From Hemiscyllium ocellatum (Eukaryota), in assembly GCF_020745735.1 (NCBI RefSeq), contig NC_083411.1:28603263-28667262 (forward strand): a stretch of 64,000 nucleotides of DNA, read 5' to 3'. Below the pieces are notes generated by a model. It worked only from the letters and a program-made list of their open reading frames with translations. It searched no databases and had not been told where the DNA came from. Each line of letters starts with the position of its first letter. The first letter of the stretch is position 1. A program made the position numbers and the translations under genes. This document shows positions 39,176 through 51,858 of the stretch, one piece after another.

Positions 39176-40175
39176 CCTTGATGGTGAAAGTCATTAATTA
39201 GAGCAGTAAGGCTCAGTATCGCTTATTGTTTCAGCAGGTATTGGCATTTGGATGGTAAATTAACATTTGGTTTTAGGGCAACCTGAATAGGTTCACAGTT
39301 TGTGAGTCCAATGTGGGAGGATGTTTCGGCCCATACATCAGGGTAGATTAAATCAAGGATATCCCAACTTTCATGGTGGCACAGTGTGGCATAGTGAGAG
39401 ATATGAGTTAGATAGTAGAGGGTAGTCATCCCTCCTTGGAAGGTTTGCAGCTGATAACAGAGTGGATCAGCCCTTGTGACTACATGGTGGACCAAGGGGC
39501 CCAGGTCCTTAGCATAATGAGGTGGATTAACCTTCCGAGTGATGTGAGAGTCTGAGGTGTCTGCTTGTAACTACAGATGAGAGGTATTTGAATGAAATCT
39601 GCTTTGCTTTCTGGGCCGGTGACCCAAGCCAAGATCTGTATAGTCCATTCAATACCAATCAAGTCTCTAAAGAAGTCTTCAAGGGATTTATCTTGGCCTG
39701 TCCGATCATAAGCAAGGGTGATACAAGTTCCAGACCTTGGGGGTCAAGGACAAGTGATCACCATTGGGGTTCAGTGGACACATACAGTTGGCATTCAACT
39801 GAGTCAGAATCAAGTTGAACACCATCAGGGGAGCAGGTGAGTTTAACGTGGAAGGCACACAGCAGGTCTCATCCCTTAGATTGCAGGATAATGTGGTAGT
39901 GATCATAACGTGGTGGTCCAGGGAACAGCCTGGAAATAGACAGGGACTGGATAAGAAAGTGGATATTTGTGAGTTTCTCCTTGAAAGCCAGATAATGTCT
40001 TTGCCTCTTTGGAGATTGGGAGGTTCAGGTTGATTTCACAGAAGACATTGAGGCCTCTCTGTCACCTGTTTTCAACTTTAAGTAAGACTGTGGATTCCTG
40101 CTTCTAAGACACAGACTGAAAAGGAAAGTTACTTAATCATTGGGGAAAGGGGGCTATTTTGCGAAACATACTGAC

Positions 40176-41270
40176 TCATCCTCTGCCTCTCGCTTGTGGC
40201 CTCTCTATTATTAGAGAGTCTCCCCCAGTTCTCAATGGGGTCCTGAGGGTAATTTCCATAAGTGCTTCCTTGGTTCCCCCCGTCGCCCCTTTAGGGCAGT
40301 TAGAGAACCAATGAAGAGGGTGCCCACAATTAAAGCAGCCTTGGGTTGGGCAGTCACAAGCCCAGTGATGTGGGTTGCCACAATTAAAACAGCTCTGAGG
40401 GAGCTGCCTGAGAGGGGCCCCTTGGCCACACCCACGACCGAGACCATGAATGGGTGCAGGGCCGCCACTGAAATGCACAGGTAGTTGTTAGAAGTCTCCT
40501 CCTAGTCAGCAAATCCTGACTTTATGCAGGTTGGAGCCTTGTCTTCGCTGTGATGTTTCCACAAAGCCTTAACAGAACGGTGGAGTTGATCAGGATTAGT
40601 GTCAACCCAGTCCAGGTTGTTTGTCTTGACTGCTGTGGCGACACAGGATGGCAAACAGTTTTGATAACATGAAGTTATGTTTAGCATTGACAGCATGGAA
40701 CTTCCAAGCTCGATCCCCAGAATAAGACACATAGCATTCTAGAAAATTTTCAAGGAAATCTTCAGCAGACTCCTTACTATTAGTGTGAAGTTCGAGGATA
40801 CGGGACAGATCAATAGGTTTTGCCAGTATGGTGGATGCAGCATCAAGGATATCATCCTGTCACTGCTGATCCTGAGCTACAGCATTGGAGAGGGCAGCGA
40901 AATCATTGTAACCAATGTGTTCAGTGAACCAGGCAGATTCAGTACAGGTAAGGATTTTTTTGAATACAGGCCAAAATGTCCTAGGCAGTGCCATCATAAA
41001 CTTTAATTGTGGTGTTTAGAAAATCAACAAACCATTGAGGAGCCTTGTGACAGGGGTCTGGCGCATTACTGAGAATGGACATAATTTCATGGGGCTTCCA
41101 GGGACAATAGACAAGGGTGGTGGCATTTTGACTGGAAGCGTCAGCCTGTGGATTCAGCAGTTCTCTCATAGGGAACATATCTGGAGCGGGTATTTCATCT
41201 TCTGAGACCTTGGAAGAGGAGCTCAATGGGTTTTCTGATCGTTGAACAAGTTTTTTCTTAAAAGCTGGCG
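40176..41270 (-). pseudogene. gag: ERV gag CA-NC part (N-terminal part at 48100-48530)
   Basis: ORFs 40981-41226, 40502-40732 and 40176-40478 (CFNCGNPHHWACDC, CFNCGHPLHWFSNC). Confidence 0.85.
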
Positions 41271-44200
41271 AGATTTTTTAAAATAAATATTTTATTGAAA
41301 ACCTTTTTAAATCTTTTACAAAACATTTATATAAAAAAGAATAACACCATCAAAACAGAAAAAAAGACAGTACAATAAAGCCATAACACAGTGCTATTAT
41401 TAATGAACAACCTACTGTTCTACTGGAAAAACATATCTACTTAATTTAAACTGAACTTCAAACATCTTAAAAAATGCTAACTTAAACTAAATTCAAATAA
41501 ATTAAAAAATATCTCACTACTTTATTTTATCTCACTCATCACACCCAACAGAGGCTCCCATCCTTGGGAGCACCATCTACAGTACCTGTATTCTTTATCC
41601 CCAAATCTCCTCTTCCCGGGGCCCTATAGATACCCATACTGATTCCCACGGCTATACCACGGCCGTAATTAATGTTGCTGATAAGTCAGCATCAATTTAA
41701 TTTAAAAAGGGCCGCCATATCTTGTAAAACCATTCTGTTTTGTGGTGCTCCATATTTGTGAGGTGGTCTTGGGGGAGATGTTCCAACACCAGCCTGTGCC
41801 ACCCCATAGGACCTGGTGGTTTTTCTGACGTCCAATTCAGTAGAATGTTCTTCCTTGCACAATGTGCAAATTTCTTACCCAATCTCTTCCTGTGTTCCCC
41901 CAGAGAGGGCAAATTTGGCAACCCCAAAAGAAGAATTACCGGATCCACGTTAATTTCAATCCCCATGATGTCCTTTAGCTTCCTTACTATAGCACTCCAG
42001 TATCTCTGGATCCTACAACATGACCAGTAGCAGTGTGTGAGAGTGCTTATTCTAATGTTACATTTGGGGCACCTTGATGACACTCCACTCTTGAACTTAG
42101 CTAACCTCTCTGGTGCCATATGAGCCCTGTGTAAGATCTTTAATTGCTTGGCCTGCGCTCTGTTACATACTGAGATTTTTCTTACATTCCCCCAGATGTC
42201 TTCCCATACCTCCATGAAATATCCTCTCCTAACTCTCGATTCCATGTCCTACAGAGCCCTTCCATGTCCACCAGGGTGCGATCTTTCTGTAAATGCTATA
42301 AAGTACTGAGTGAAAGAGCACCAGTACACCAGAGTACTCTTTTCTCCATGTCTGATTTGTAACACTGGACCAGGAGCGTGGTCCTCCTTTGTATATAGTC
42401 CCTTATCTGGAAGTATCGGATTCAGTCCCTATTAGACAGTCCATATTTCTGACTTAACTGATTAAGTGACATCAGGACCTCCCGCTTGAATAAATCTCCC
42501 AGATAGAAGATACCCTTACTCTCCCATGCCTTAAAGCTGGAGTCCATTGCCCCAGGTTCAAATCCTTGGGCTCCCACCAATGGGGTAAATGGTGAAGTCA
42601 TAGACCAATTGCCCTTGTCTTGCCTCATTATTCTACAGGTTGTCACCGTATTTAAAATAATTGGACTTTTACACTGCTGGGTCACGGATTTCATCTTGTC
42701 TATGAATAATAAATTAATTAAAGGACATCTCGACTGCGAGGCTTCAATGTCAAGCCAAATCGACTCTGAATTCCCCCTTACCCAGTCACCAACATATGTA
42801 AACAGGGCACTTATTTGGTATTTCTTCAAATCTGGAAGATCCACCCTTCCCTCAGCCTGCAGTTTAGTGAATTTTGTTAGAGGACTCCTGTGGCATCAAA
42901 TAACGGTCCCTAGCCAACCATTAAGCCTCTGTAACACTTGTCTGGGTAACAACGGGAGTATTCTCATGGGGTACAGCAGTCGAGGAAGAACATTCATCTT
43001 ATTTGGCCCAACCATGATAACGGTAACCGCTCCCACTGCTGCAAATCCTGTTTGATCCTCTCTAGTAGTTGTACATAGTTAGCTTTATATAGCTGGTTGA
43101 AGGAAGGGGTAATAAAAATTCCCAAATACAAAACATCTTTTGATGACCATCTAAAAGGGAATTGCATTCCATCCTTCAGATTAGGCACCTCCACTAATCC
43201 CTCCACCGGATGGCTTCCAATTTTGTAAAATTGATCTTGTAACCCGAGAAACCACCATATGAATCAATTGTTTGAATCAGTCGAGGAACAGACTTCTCTG
43301 GATTGGCCAAAAATAAAAGGATGTTGTCAGCATATAGGGTGATCTTATGCTCCCCCATTCCCACCTTAGGAGCTACTATTTCAGCATTCCTTCTGATAGC
43401 TTTGGCTAATGGTTCAAGCGCCAAGGTAAATAATAGTGGTGATAGAGGACCCCTGTCGACTACCTCTTCCAACATTAAAGTTATTTGACTTAATATTGTT
43501 TGTAATGACTGCCACCTTAGGATCATGATACATCTGGCAAAGGATCCCCCCAGACTAAAGCACTCTAGGACCTTAAATAGATATGGCCATTCTATCTGAT
43601 CAAATGCCTTTTCTGCGTCTAGGGAGACCACCTAATCTGGAAACAATCTTTGCTGGCATACTGCACTGTGTTCAGGACTCTCCTGATATTGTTGGAGTAG
43701 CTACGGCCCATAATAAAGCCTGTCTGGTCTTCTTTTATAATATTGGGCAGGACCTTCTCCAACCTTAGAGACAGCATCTTAGATAAAATTTTGAAATCTA
43801 CATTCAGCAGTGAAATTGGTCTGTACGAAGTCCATTCTTCGGGGTCTTTCCCCTTCTTTAAAATGAGGGAGATATCAGCCTTCTTAAGAGAAGGTGGCAG
43901 ACAGTCCTATGTGTAAGAATAGTTACACATCCCCGGAAGTGGCTCCACTAACATGTTTATGAATTCATTATAGAATTCAATTGGGAATCCATTTGGCCCC
44001 GGTACTTTGCCACCCTGGAGATGCCTTGTTGCTTCCTGCACTGATATAGGGGCGTTCAATTTATATTGGGGAGGTCCAGATTTTCAAAAAAGGACTGAAT
44101 TCCCATTGTTCACTCCACCCTCCGACCGATATAGCTCTGCAAAGTATTCCCTAAACCTAACATTGATCTTCTTCAATTCATGGCTAATCGTACCAGCCAT

Positions 44201-44964
44201 CTCCCTGACAGACATAATAGATTGGAAAGCTTTTTTTCCTCCTAGTCAAATAAGCCAGATATCTACCAGGCTTATCTCAAATTCAAACAATCTTTGTTTG
44301 GCAAAGGAGACCTCTTTTTTAGCGACTTATGTGTGCAATCAGTCAAGAGCAGCCCAGAGAGCTGTGACCCACTGCAGCTTAACCAATGATTGCCATTCTA
44401 ATATGTTTTCTCAGCTACCTTCAGCTGGGCATCCAGCATCAATCGCTGCTCCTCCCTCTGCCTCTATCTAGTCGTCGAATATGAATGATCAGGCCTTGTA
44501 AATATACCTTAGTGGCCTCCCAAAGGCCGGATAACTTGCCGTACCTGAGTTGATATCCCAAAAGGTCTTGAACTCTCTTGTAATATACTCGACAAATTTG
44601 CTATCCCCTAATAAAAATGGATCCATGCACCAGTGACGTACATCCATTCCACTAACCTTGATTTTAACATCTAAATACACTGGCGCATGATTTGAAACAA
44701 CTATATTCCCAATTTTGCACACCAATGTTCTGTCCAAACCGTCAGTTGGCATAAAAAAAACGCCAATTCGTGTATGGTACTTGTGTGGGTTGGAATAGAA
44801 CATGAAGTCTCTTCCATTGGGGAGGAGGTACCTCCACACATCCACTAGTCCCAACTCATCACACATTTCCACCAACTGTTTAGACTGCGCAGGCATACCT
44901 GCCAGGCCTTTCGGCACCCTGTCAATCTCTGGCTCTATTAGACAAGTAAAATCCTCCTATAATT

Positions 44965-45290
44965 TTTTTAAAATTAGATTAGATTCCCTACAGTGTGGAA
45001 ACATGCCCTTCGGCCCAGCAAGTCCACACCGACCCTCTGAAGAGTAACCCACCCAGTCCCATTTCCCTCTGACTAATGCACCTAACACTATGGGCAATTT
45101 AGCATAGCCAATTTTACCTGACCTGCACATCTTTGGACTGTGGGAGGAAACTGGAGCACCCAGAGAAAACCGACATAGACATGGGGAGAAGGTGCAAACT
45201 CCACACAGACAGTCACCGAGGCTAGAATCGAATGTGGGACCTTGGTGCTGTGAGGCAGCAGTGCCAACCACTGAGCCACTGTGCCACCCC
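44965..45290 (-). mobile_element. HE1-type SINE inserted in the L1 endonuclease
   Basis: Reverse-strand SINE with (TAATC)n tail and ATAATT target duplication. Confidence 0.9.
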
Positions 45291-45540
45291 AAATAATTAT
45301 ATGGTGTACCCCAAGATTGATTAATTTAGCCACTGCATCAATTAGAAATTTAAGAGGGTGTGCTGGGGGACAATATACATTCAAAACGCCATACTCTTCT
45401 CCATGTATTAGGGCTTTAAGAATGATAAACGGTCCATGTTAATCCTTAATCTGCTCCATTACCTGGAAAGGAAGGTTCCTTCTTCCCAGTATAACCACTC
45501 CTCTACTCTTAGAGCTGAAGGATGAGAACAATACCTTGTC

Positions 45541-46360
45541 GTCGTTTGTTCTTGAGGAATCTGCGCACAGACGAACTTCGAAAAACAGAGGAGAACCATC
45601 TATACAATGTATTCAAGAAGAACGGATACTCAAAAAACACAGTGCACAGATTTCTCAAGAACAAACCACGACAAGCAGACAAAACACAGCCAGAAACCCT
45701 AACCACCTTACCATATATCAAAGAAGTTTCAGAAATGACAGCCAGACTACTGAGAGCCCTCGGAATCCTAGTAGCACACAAACCCACCAACACTCTCAAA
45801 CAAAAACTAACAAACTTAAAATACCCAGTACAACCCATGCACAAAATCAATGTCGTCTATAAAATTCCATGCAAGGACTGCCACAAACACTACATAGGAC
45901 AAACAGGATGAAAGTTAGCCACCAGGATACATGAACGCCAGTTAGCTACAAAAAGACACGACCCCTCTACCTCATAGCCCTACACACAGATGAAAAAACC
46001 CACCATTTCGACTGGGACAACACATCTATCCTGGGACAGGCTAAGCAAAGACATGCCAGAGAATTCCTAGGGGCCTGCCACTCCAATCACAACGCTATAA
46101 ACAAGCACATAGATCTAGATGCCATCTATTTTCTGCCATCAGAAAACGAACAGGAAATGACATCACCACAAACCTCAGGAACCCCATCCAGGAGAAAGAT
46201 ATAAATAGAAAGCAGGAGACAACAGCTTCGCATGACTTGGAGGTTGCCACTGATGATGTTACCTAGCCAGGTAATGAAATGTCTGGATATCAAACCTACA
46301 GCTCAGCGAGCAAACCTACACCCTAAACCTCAACCTGAGGTACAAAGCTTCACAAACCTT
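45541..46360 (+). mobile_element. 5'-truncated Penelope-like element (GIY-YIG + terminal repeat)
   Basis: ORF 45522-45911 contains NGYS and NVVYKIPCKDCHKHYIGQTG; hammerhead-like core at 46247-46286. Confidence 0.9.
46247..46286 (+). ncRNA. Minimal hammerhead ribozyme motif, slightly decayed
   Basis: CCA-CUGAUGA-UGUUACCU-AGCC-AGGUAAU-GAAA-U-GUC-UGG. Confidence 0.65.
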
Positions 46361-48530
46361 GGGATTATTTTAGATATCGGTCGGTTGGGTATTATCTAGG
46401 GCTCCTTATTTTTACTGCTGTCCCTTTGATTTTGTATTGGGGTGGCTATATCTGTGGTTAAGATGGGGGGGAATGGGTATCATTGTTAGCTTTCAGAATG
46501 TAAATAACAGATTTTCCTCATTTGTGAATTGCCTGGGACTAGGAACCAGCCTCAGCTAGAGGAAGTTAAGATGGTAGTAAGGATTGGGAGGAGTGCCCCG
46601 TATGGGCAAAGGGAAAGATCTCGAGCAAATTGGGGGATATTTGGTAGTTTGCTTCAGTTAAGTGTAGTTTTTTTTAGTTGTAGTTGTTTTTATAGGAGTA
46701 GCTTTTAGTTCTCATAGAGTTAATATCTTTATAGCTCATCACACCTCAGATAAGCTCCCTCCTCCTGGGAAATCACAGGCTGCTCTGGACGACAATTGCT
46801 AGTGATTTGTTTAGGTGGACCACCTGGAATTAAAAAAGGGAGCCATTTTCCTGTTTAAAGAAAGTCTTATCAAGCCTTAGGAAGGAAAGGGTGGACATTG
46901 CCCTGCTGCAGGAGATGCATTTAACTGATAAGGAACATCTGAAACTGCAGCCGGGGCAGTGGTGGTGGGGAGGGGAGGAGTGGGGGGTTATGACAAGGTA
47001 TTTTTCTCATCCTTCAGCTCTAAGAGTAGAGGAGTGGTTATACTGGGAAGAAGGAACCTTCCTTTCCAGGTAATGGAGCAGATTAAGGATTAACATGGAC
47101 CGTTTATCATTCTTAAAGCCCTAATACATGGAGAAGAGTATGACGTTTTGAATGTATATTGTCCCCCAGCACACCCTCTTAAATTTCTAATTGATGCAGT
47201 GGCTAAATTAATCAATCTTGGGGTACACCATATAATTATTTGGGGTGGCACAGTGGCTCAGTGGATATCAAACCTACAGCTCAGCGAGCAAACCTACACC
47301 CTAAAATAATCCCAATTTTACAATTTTACAACAAAACTGTACATATAAAACCAATAATCACAAAAAAAAAGCAGAAGAGGGAAATAAAAAAGGGGGTAAG
47401 AAAAAAAATCCTCCAAGCCATTGTCCGCAATGATGCCCCATCCCACCCTGACTCAGGTCTTTCAATTCGAAGACTTCACAAAGTCCTTCGCTTTTTCTGC
47501 GGAGTCCAAGTTATATATTGTCCCCCCCATGGGCGAATCGCAACACGGCGGAGTACCTCAAGGAGTACTGAATATTCAGGTCCCTTTATTCTTTCTTGAG
47601 ATCGTCAGATGTCCTTCTCTTCTTAATTAGGGCTTCTGAAAAGTCCTGAAAAAACATTATATTTGAACCTTTATACTTTAAAGCTTGTGAATTCATTCCC
47701 AGTCTTCTTGCTGTTTCAACTAATAATTGTTTGTCCTTACAACATAGGAACTGCACTTGGACCACGCGGGGGCACGGATCCGGCCCTGACCTGGGCGTTG
47801 AGATCCGGTGGGCCCGCTCCAAAGGTGCTGCTCTGGGAGCTTGAACACTGGCTGCAGGCACCCCCGATGCAGTAGGGGAGTGCCCTGTCTTCTGTACTCC
47901 TTTAGGCCCCTTTCCTTCATTCAACTTCATCCTGGCCTTAAAGCTGTCCCACACGATTCCAGCAGCTCCAAATAGTCAGTAAGTTTAAGTTAATACTTTT
48001 TACTCCTGGGAGTGGTAAAGGTCCACCTTGCCTGGGGGTATGGCACAGAGCCCAGCACAGCAGACCACTCAGACTGCCGCCATCTTGGATGTCCCCAATT
48101 GGTGAGATTTTGATTTTTGTCGACTGCGAGTGTTCTAAGCAACAGAGTTAGTAAACTGAGGAGGAGGCGGGGGAGCAACCGTGGCTATGGCAGCAGCATA
48201 TGTCTGAGGACGAGGTGCAGCTACCGAGCTAACAGGAACCTGAGGAATTGGAAAAAGAGCGGCATTAGCGGGGGACAAATCCAGGTGGGAAAAATACAGG
48301 AGTCGGTGGCAGAGGAACAAGGGGAATTTGAGGGTTTAGGTGGAACAGCAGTTTGATAAGCAGGAGGTCGGACAGTCCATGGGGGAAGGGTGAGGGCAGG
48401 AGGTGTTTGGGGCTTTGGATTTGCTGATCCAGCAGGGCCTTGAATAACAGGGGATGCATTCAGGTTCACTTGATAGGTGGGGTTGGGGCAGGCGATGGCG
48501 GTGTGAGGCACAGATAGGAACATCAATCAT

Positions 48531-48681
48531 AGGTCCAGGCAGCAGGTGTGGAGGGAGTCGTTAGGGCCGACTGCCTGCCCCTCTTCCGCGGTTACGTTAG
48601 AGCCCAGGTGTCTCTGGAAAAGGGCACGTGGTCTCCACCAACACCCTGGAGTTGTTCAGGGAGAGGTGGGCACCGCAGGGA
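48531..48681 (+). mobile_element. Tx1-like LINE ORF2 C-terminal fragment
   Basis: VEGVVRADCLPLFRGYVRAQVSLE...STNTLELFRERWAPQG resembles the Tx1 ORF2 C-terminus (recognised from memory). Confidence 0.55.
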
Positions 48682-49850
48682 GACGAGGGTAAAGCGGTAG
48701 ATGTGGTGTATATGGATTTTAGTAAGACGTTTGATAAGGTTCCCCATGGTAGGCTACTGCAAAAAAATACGGAGGTATGGCATTGAGGGTGAGTTGGAGG
48801 TTTGGATTAGAAATTGGCTGGCTGGAAGAAGACAGAGGGTAGTAGTTGATGGTAAAGGTACATCTTGGAGTGCAGTTACTAGCGGTGTTCCGCAAGGATC
48901 TGTTTTGGGACCATTGCTGTTTGTCATTTTTATAAATGACCTGGAGGAGGGGCTAGAAGGTTGGGTGAGCAAGTTTGCGGATGATACGAAAGCCGGTGGA
49001 GTTGTTGACAGTGAGGAAGGATGTGGCAGGTTACAGCGGGATATAGATAAGCTGCAGAGCTGGGCAGAAAGGTGGCAAATGGAGTTCAATGTAGGCAAGT
49101 GTGAAGTGATTCACTTTGGTAAGAGTAACAAGAAGATGGGGTACTGGGCTAATGGTCAGATACTTGGTAGTGTGGATGAGCAGAGGAATCTTGGTGTCCA
49201 TGTACACAGATCTCTGAAAGTTGCCACCCAGGTAAATAGTGCTGTGAAGAAGGCATATGGCGTACTGGCATTTATTGGTAGAGGAATTGAGTTCCGGAGT
49301 CCTGAGGTCATGTTGCAGTTGTATTGACTCTGGTGCGGCTGCATCTGGAGTATTGTGTGCAGTTTTGGTCGCCATACTATAGGAAGGATGTGGAGGCACT
49401 GGAACGGGTGCAGAGGAGGTTTACCAGGATGTTGCCTGGTATGGTAGGAAGATCCTATGAGGAAAGGCTGAGGCACTTGGGGCTGTTTTCACTGGAGAAA
49501 AGAAGGTTTAGGGGTACCTTGATAGAGGTGTACAAGATGATCAGTGATTTAGATAGGGTTGACCATGAGAACCTTTTTCCACATATGGAGTCAGCTATTA
49601 CGAGGGGGCATAGCTTTAAATTAAGGGGTGGTAGGTATAGGACAGATGTTAGGGGTAGATTCTTTACTCAGCGAGTCGTGAGTTCATGGAATGCCCTGCC
49701 AGTAGCAGTGGTGGACTCTCCCTCTTTATGAGCATTGGATAGGTATATGGAGGTTAGTGGGCTAGTGTAAGTTAGGTGGGCTTAGATCGGCGCAACATCG
49801 AGGGCCAAAGGGCCTGTACTGCGCTGTATTTTTCTATATTCTATGTTCTA
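48682..49850 (+). mobile_element. 5'-truncated CR1 LINE
   Basis: SGVPQGSVLGPLLF, KFADDTK, LEYCVQFWSP; tail TTCTATATTCTATGTTCTA. Confidence 0.93.
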
Positions 49851-51225
49851 ACTCCACAAATCTTTATATCATCTGTAAACTTACTAATTAGAACAGCTAC
49901 ATTTATGTAGATCAAAATCAGCAGAGGTCCCAGCACTGATCCCTGTGGAACATCACTAGTCACAGCCCTCCATTCTGAAAAGCATCCTTCCACCACCACC
50001 CTCTGTAACATACTAAGCAGTCTTGTCAGCTCGCCCCGATACCATGTGACTTCATCTTTTTTACCAGTCTGCCATGAGGGACCATGTCAAAGAATTTACT
50101 GAAGTCCATATAGACAACATCAACTGCTTTTCCCTCATCAATGATTTACATTACCTCCTCAAAAAATTCAATCAATCAGTGAAACATGACCTCCCAATGT
50201 TGTCTATCGCTAATATGCCCATTACTTCTAAATGCATAAAGATCTTGATTCTGAGAATCTTTTCCAATAATTTCCCTACCACCAATGTGAGACTCACAGG
50301 CCTGTAATTTCCATGATTATGCTTGCTGCACTTCTTAAACAATGGGACAAAATTGGCTATTCTCCAATGGCTGACTTCTCAAGTAAAGTTGACTTACCCC
50401 AAATGAAGCTGCTCTTTTGATGGAACAATGCCACTTATAAAGAAAAATGGGCAAACTTTTATCATGTTTCTAAAAAGCAGATATTGTACTCAATAGTGTG
50501 ATGTCAATAAAAGGCAGTGAACATTAATTAGAACGGAAAGGGTGGAGTAAAAACTGGAAGGGAATTACATTTTGTGTGGAGTGTCATGCACTGTTGTGAT
50601 CATTGGTTATAGAATGGCAGTGACAGAGCCTAGAGGAAAGTTCTTCTCAGCTCTCTGAATTAGCAATGGTGTATAATACACAACCTAACTGCAATTGTAT
50701 AGTGTCTTGGTGAGATTTAAATTTGATTAATGTGCACTGTTTTCTTCTTCTTATCTAATGAAGTGTATACTTCCCATTGAGGGAATTCAAGAAAGGTTCA
50801 CCAGTCTAATTCCTGGATGGCAGGATTGCCATATTAGCTAAGACTGGAAAACCAGATTTGTATTCTCTGAAGTGTAATTGAAAAGTTCTTTCAGATAGGT
50901 TGGATAAAAACATTTCTCTTAGGTATTGAGTTTAAAATAATGGGACATCATCTCAGACTAATGGTAAATCATTTAAGATCATGTGGAGCAATATCTTCAC
51001 TCAGACTATGGTGAATCTTTGGAATTCTTTACCACAGAGGGATGTGGTAACTCATTCACTGAATGTGTTCAAGTCAGAAATTGATAGATTTCTGTAGACT
51101 AATGACATCAAGGGATTTGGAAATAGATACACAATGTGATGTTGAGATTGGTAATCAACCATGATCAAATTGAATAATGGATCAGGCTTATACGCCTGAA
51201 AGACTTACTCCTGTTCCTATGTTTC
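49851..51225. mobile_element. Older CR1 fragments (minus 49851-50370; plus 50760-51225)
   Basis: Decayed RT and 3'-end motifs. Confidence 0.6.
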
Positions 51226-51790
51226 TTGATTTTGGACACACCGTTGGAATAAGTCTTGTGTGTGCAGAAAATGATAGCAAGCTTCACTTTCCTCCAAGTA
51301 AAGCGAATGATTACAGAGTATCAGAGCCAGATTAGATACTATAAAAATTCACCAAGGTTGAGAACTAATTTTTTAGGTATGCCTGATGCTGCCTTGTGAT
51401 GCCTTCCTGTTCAATGTCCCTACCCTAGCTTGAGGGTAATTGTAAGGTGTGGGATTTGCCAGCTATGAGACTACAGATTATGATCAAACACAATTCTGCT
51501 GCTGCTGATGGCCCACAGCACATCATGGAACCCAATTATGAGTACCAGATTTGTTCAAAATCTATCTGATTTAGCACGGCAGTTGTGTACATGACATGAT
51601 GGAGGCTTTCCTCAGTGTGATGACAAGACTTTAGATGGTTGCTCCTAATGTCATGTTAATGAGGCTGAACGTCCAAATACTAAATTACTAATTACATTTT
51701 TACTTACAATGTTTTCTTTAAAAAAGGAACATACAAGCTAGAAGATATTTCTGATGTAAATTTAGTACCTATCCAGGGGTAGAGGGCAAA

Positions 51791-51791
51791 G

Positions 51792-51837
<46 letters not shown>

Positions 51838-51858
51838 GACAGAGGGAGAGAGAGAGAC
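51791..51858. repeat. (GA)n/(GACA)n microsatellite
   Basis: Read directly from the sequence. Confidence 0.95.

Larger units (their letters stand above)
34560..40110 (-). pseudogene. pol: ERV pro-pol, disrupted
   Basis: PR remnant (DTGA decayed to DREA near 40060); RT, RNase H and IN motifs in ORFs 38824-39015, 36907-37242, 35883-36449, 35407-35925 and 35044-35331. Confidence 0.9.
41274..48096 (-). mobile_element. Near full-length L1-clade LINE, rearranged, inserted in ERV gag
   Basis: 5' GGGGACATCCAAGATGGCGG (YY1-type); ORF1 RAHR...FFQDFS (47586-47954); ORF2 EN (DIALLQE), RT (LDAEKAFD, YADN), C-terminal CPKC...HCYWSC; AATAAA plus A-tail; imperfect TSD AAGCTGGCGAGA / AATTGGTGAGA. Confidence 0.92.
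32285..48530 (-). mobile_element. Class I (gamma/epsilon-like) endogenous retrovirus, defective, 5' LTR missing
   Basis: gag (PPAY late domain near 48360, CA YCPW at 41105, NC with two CCHC at 40310-40395), PR, RT (SPCNTPI...YRLVQDL; QYVVVLL in place of YVDD), RNase H (FTDGSS, QQAEL), IN (LQLDFIEL, DVFSRWVE), env, 3' LTR. Confidence 0.93.
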
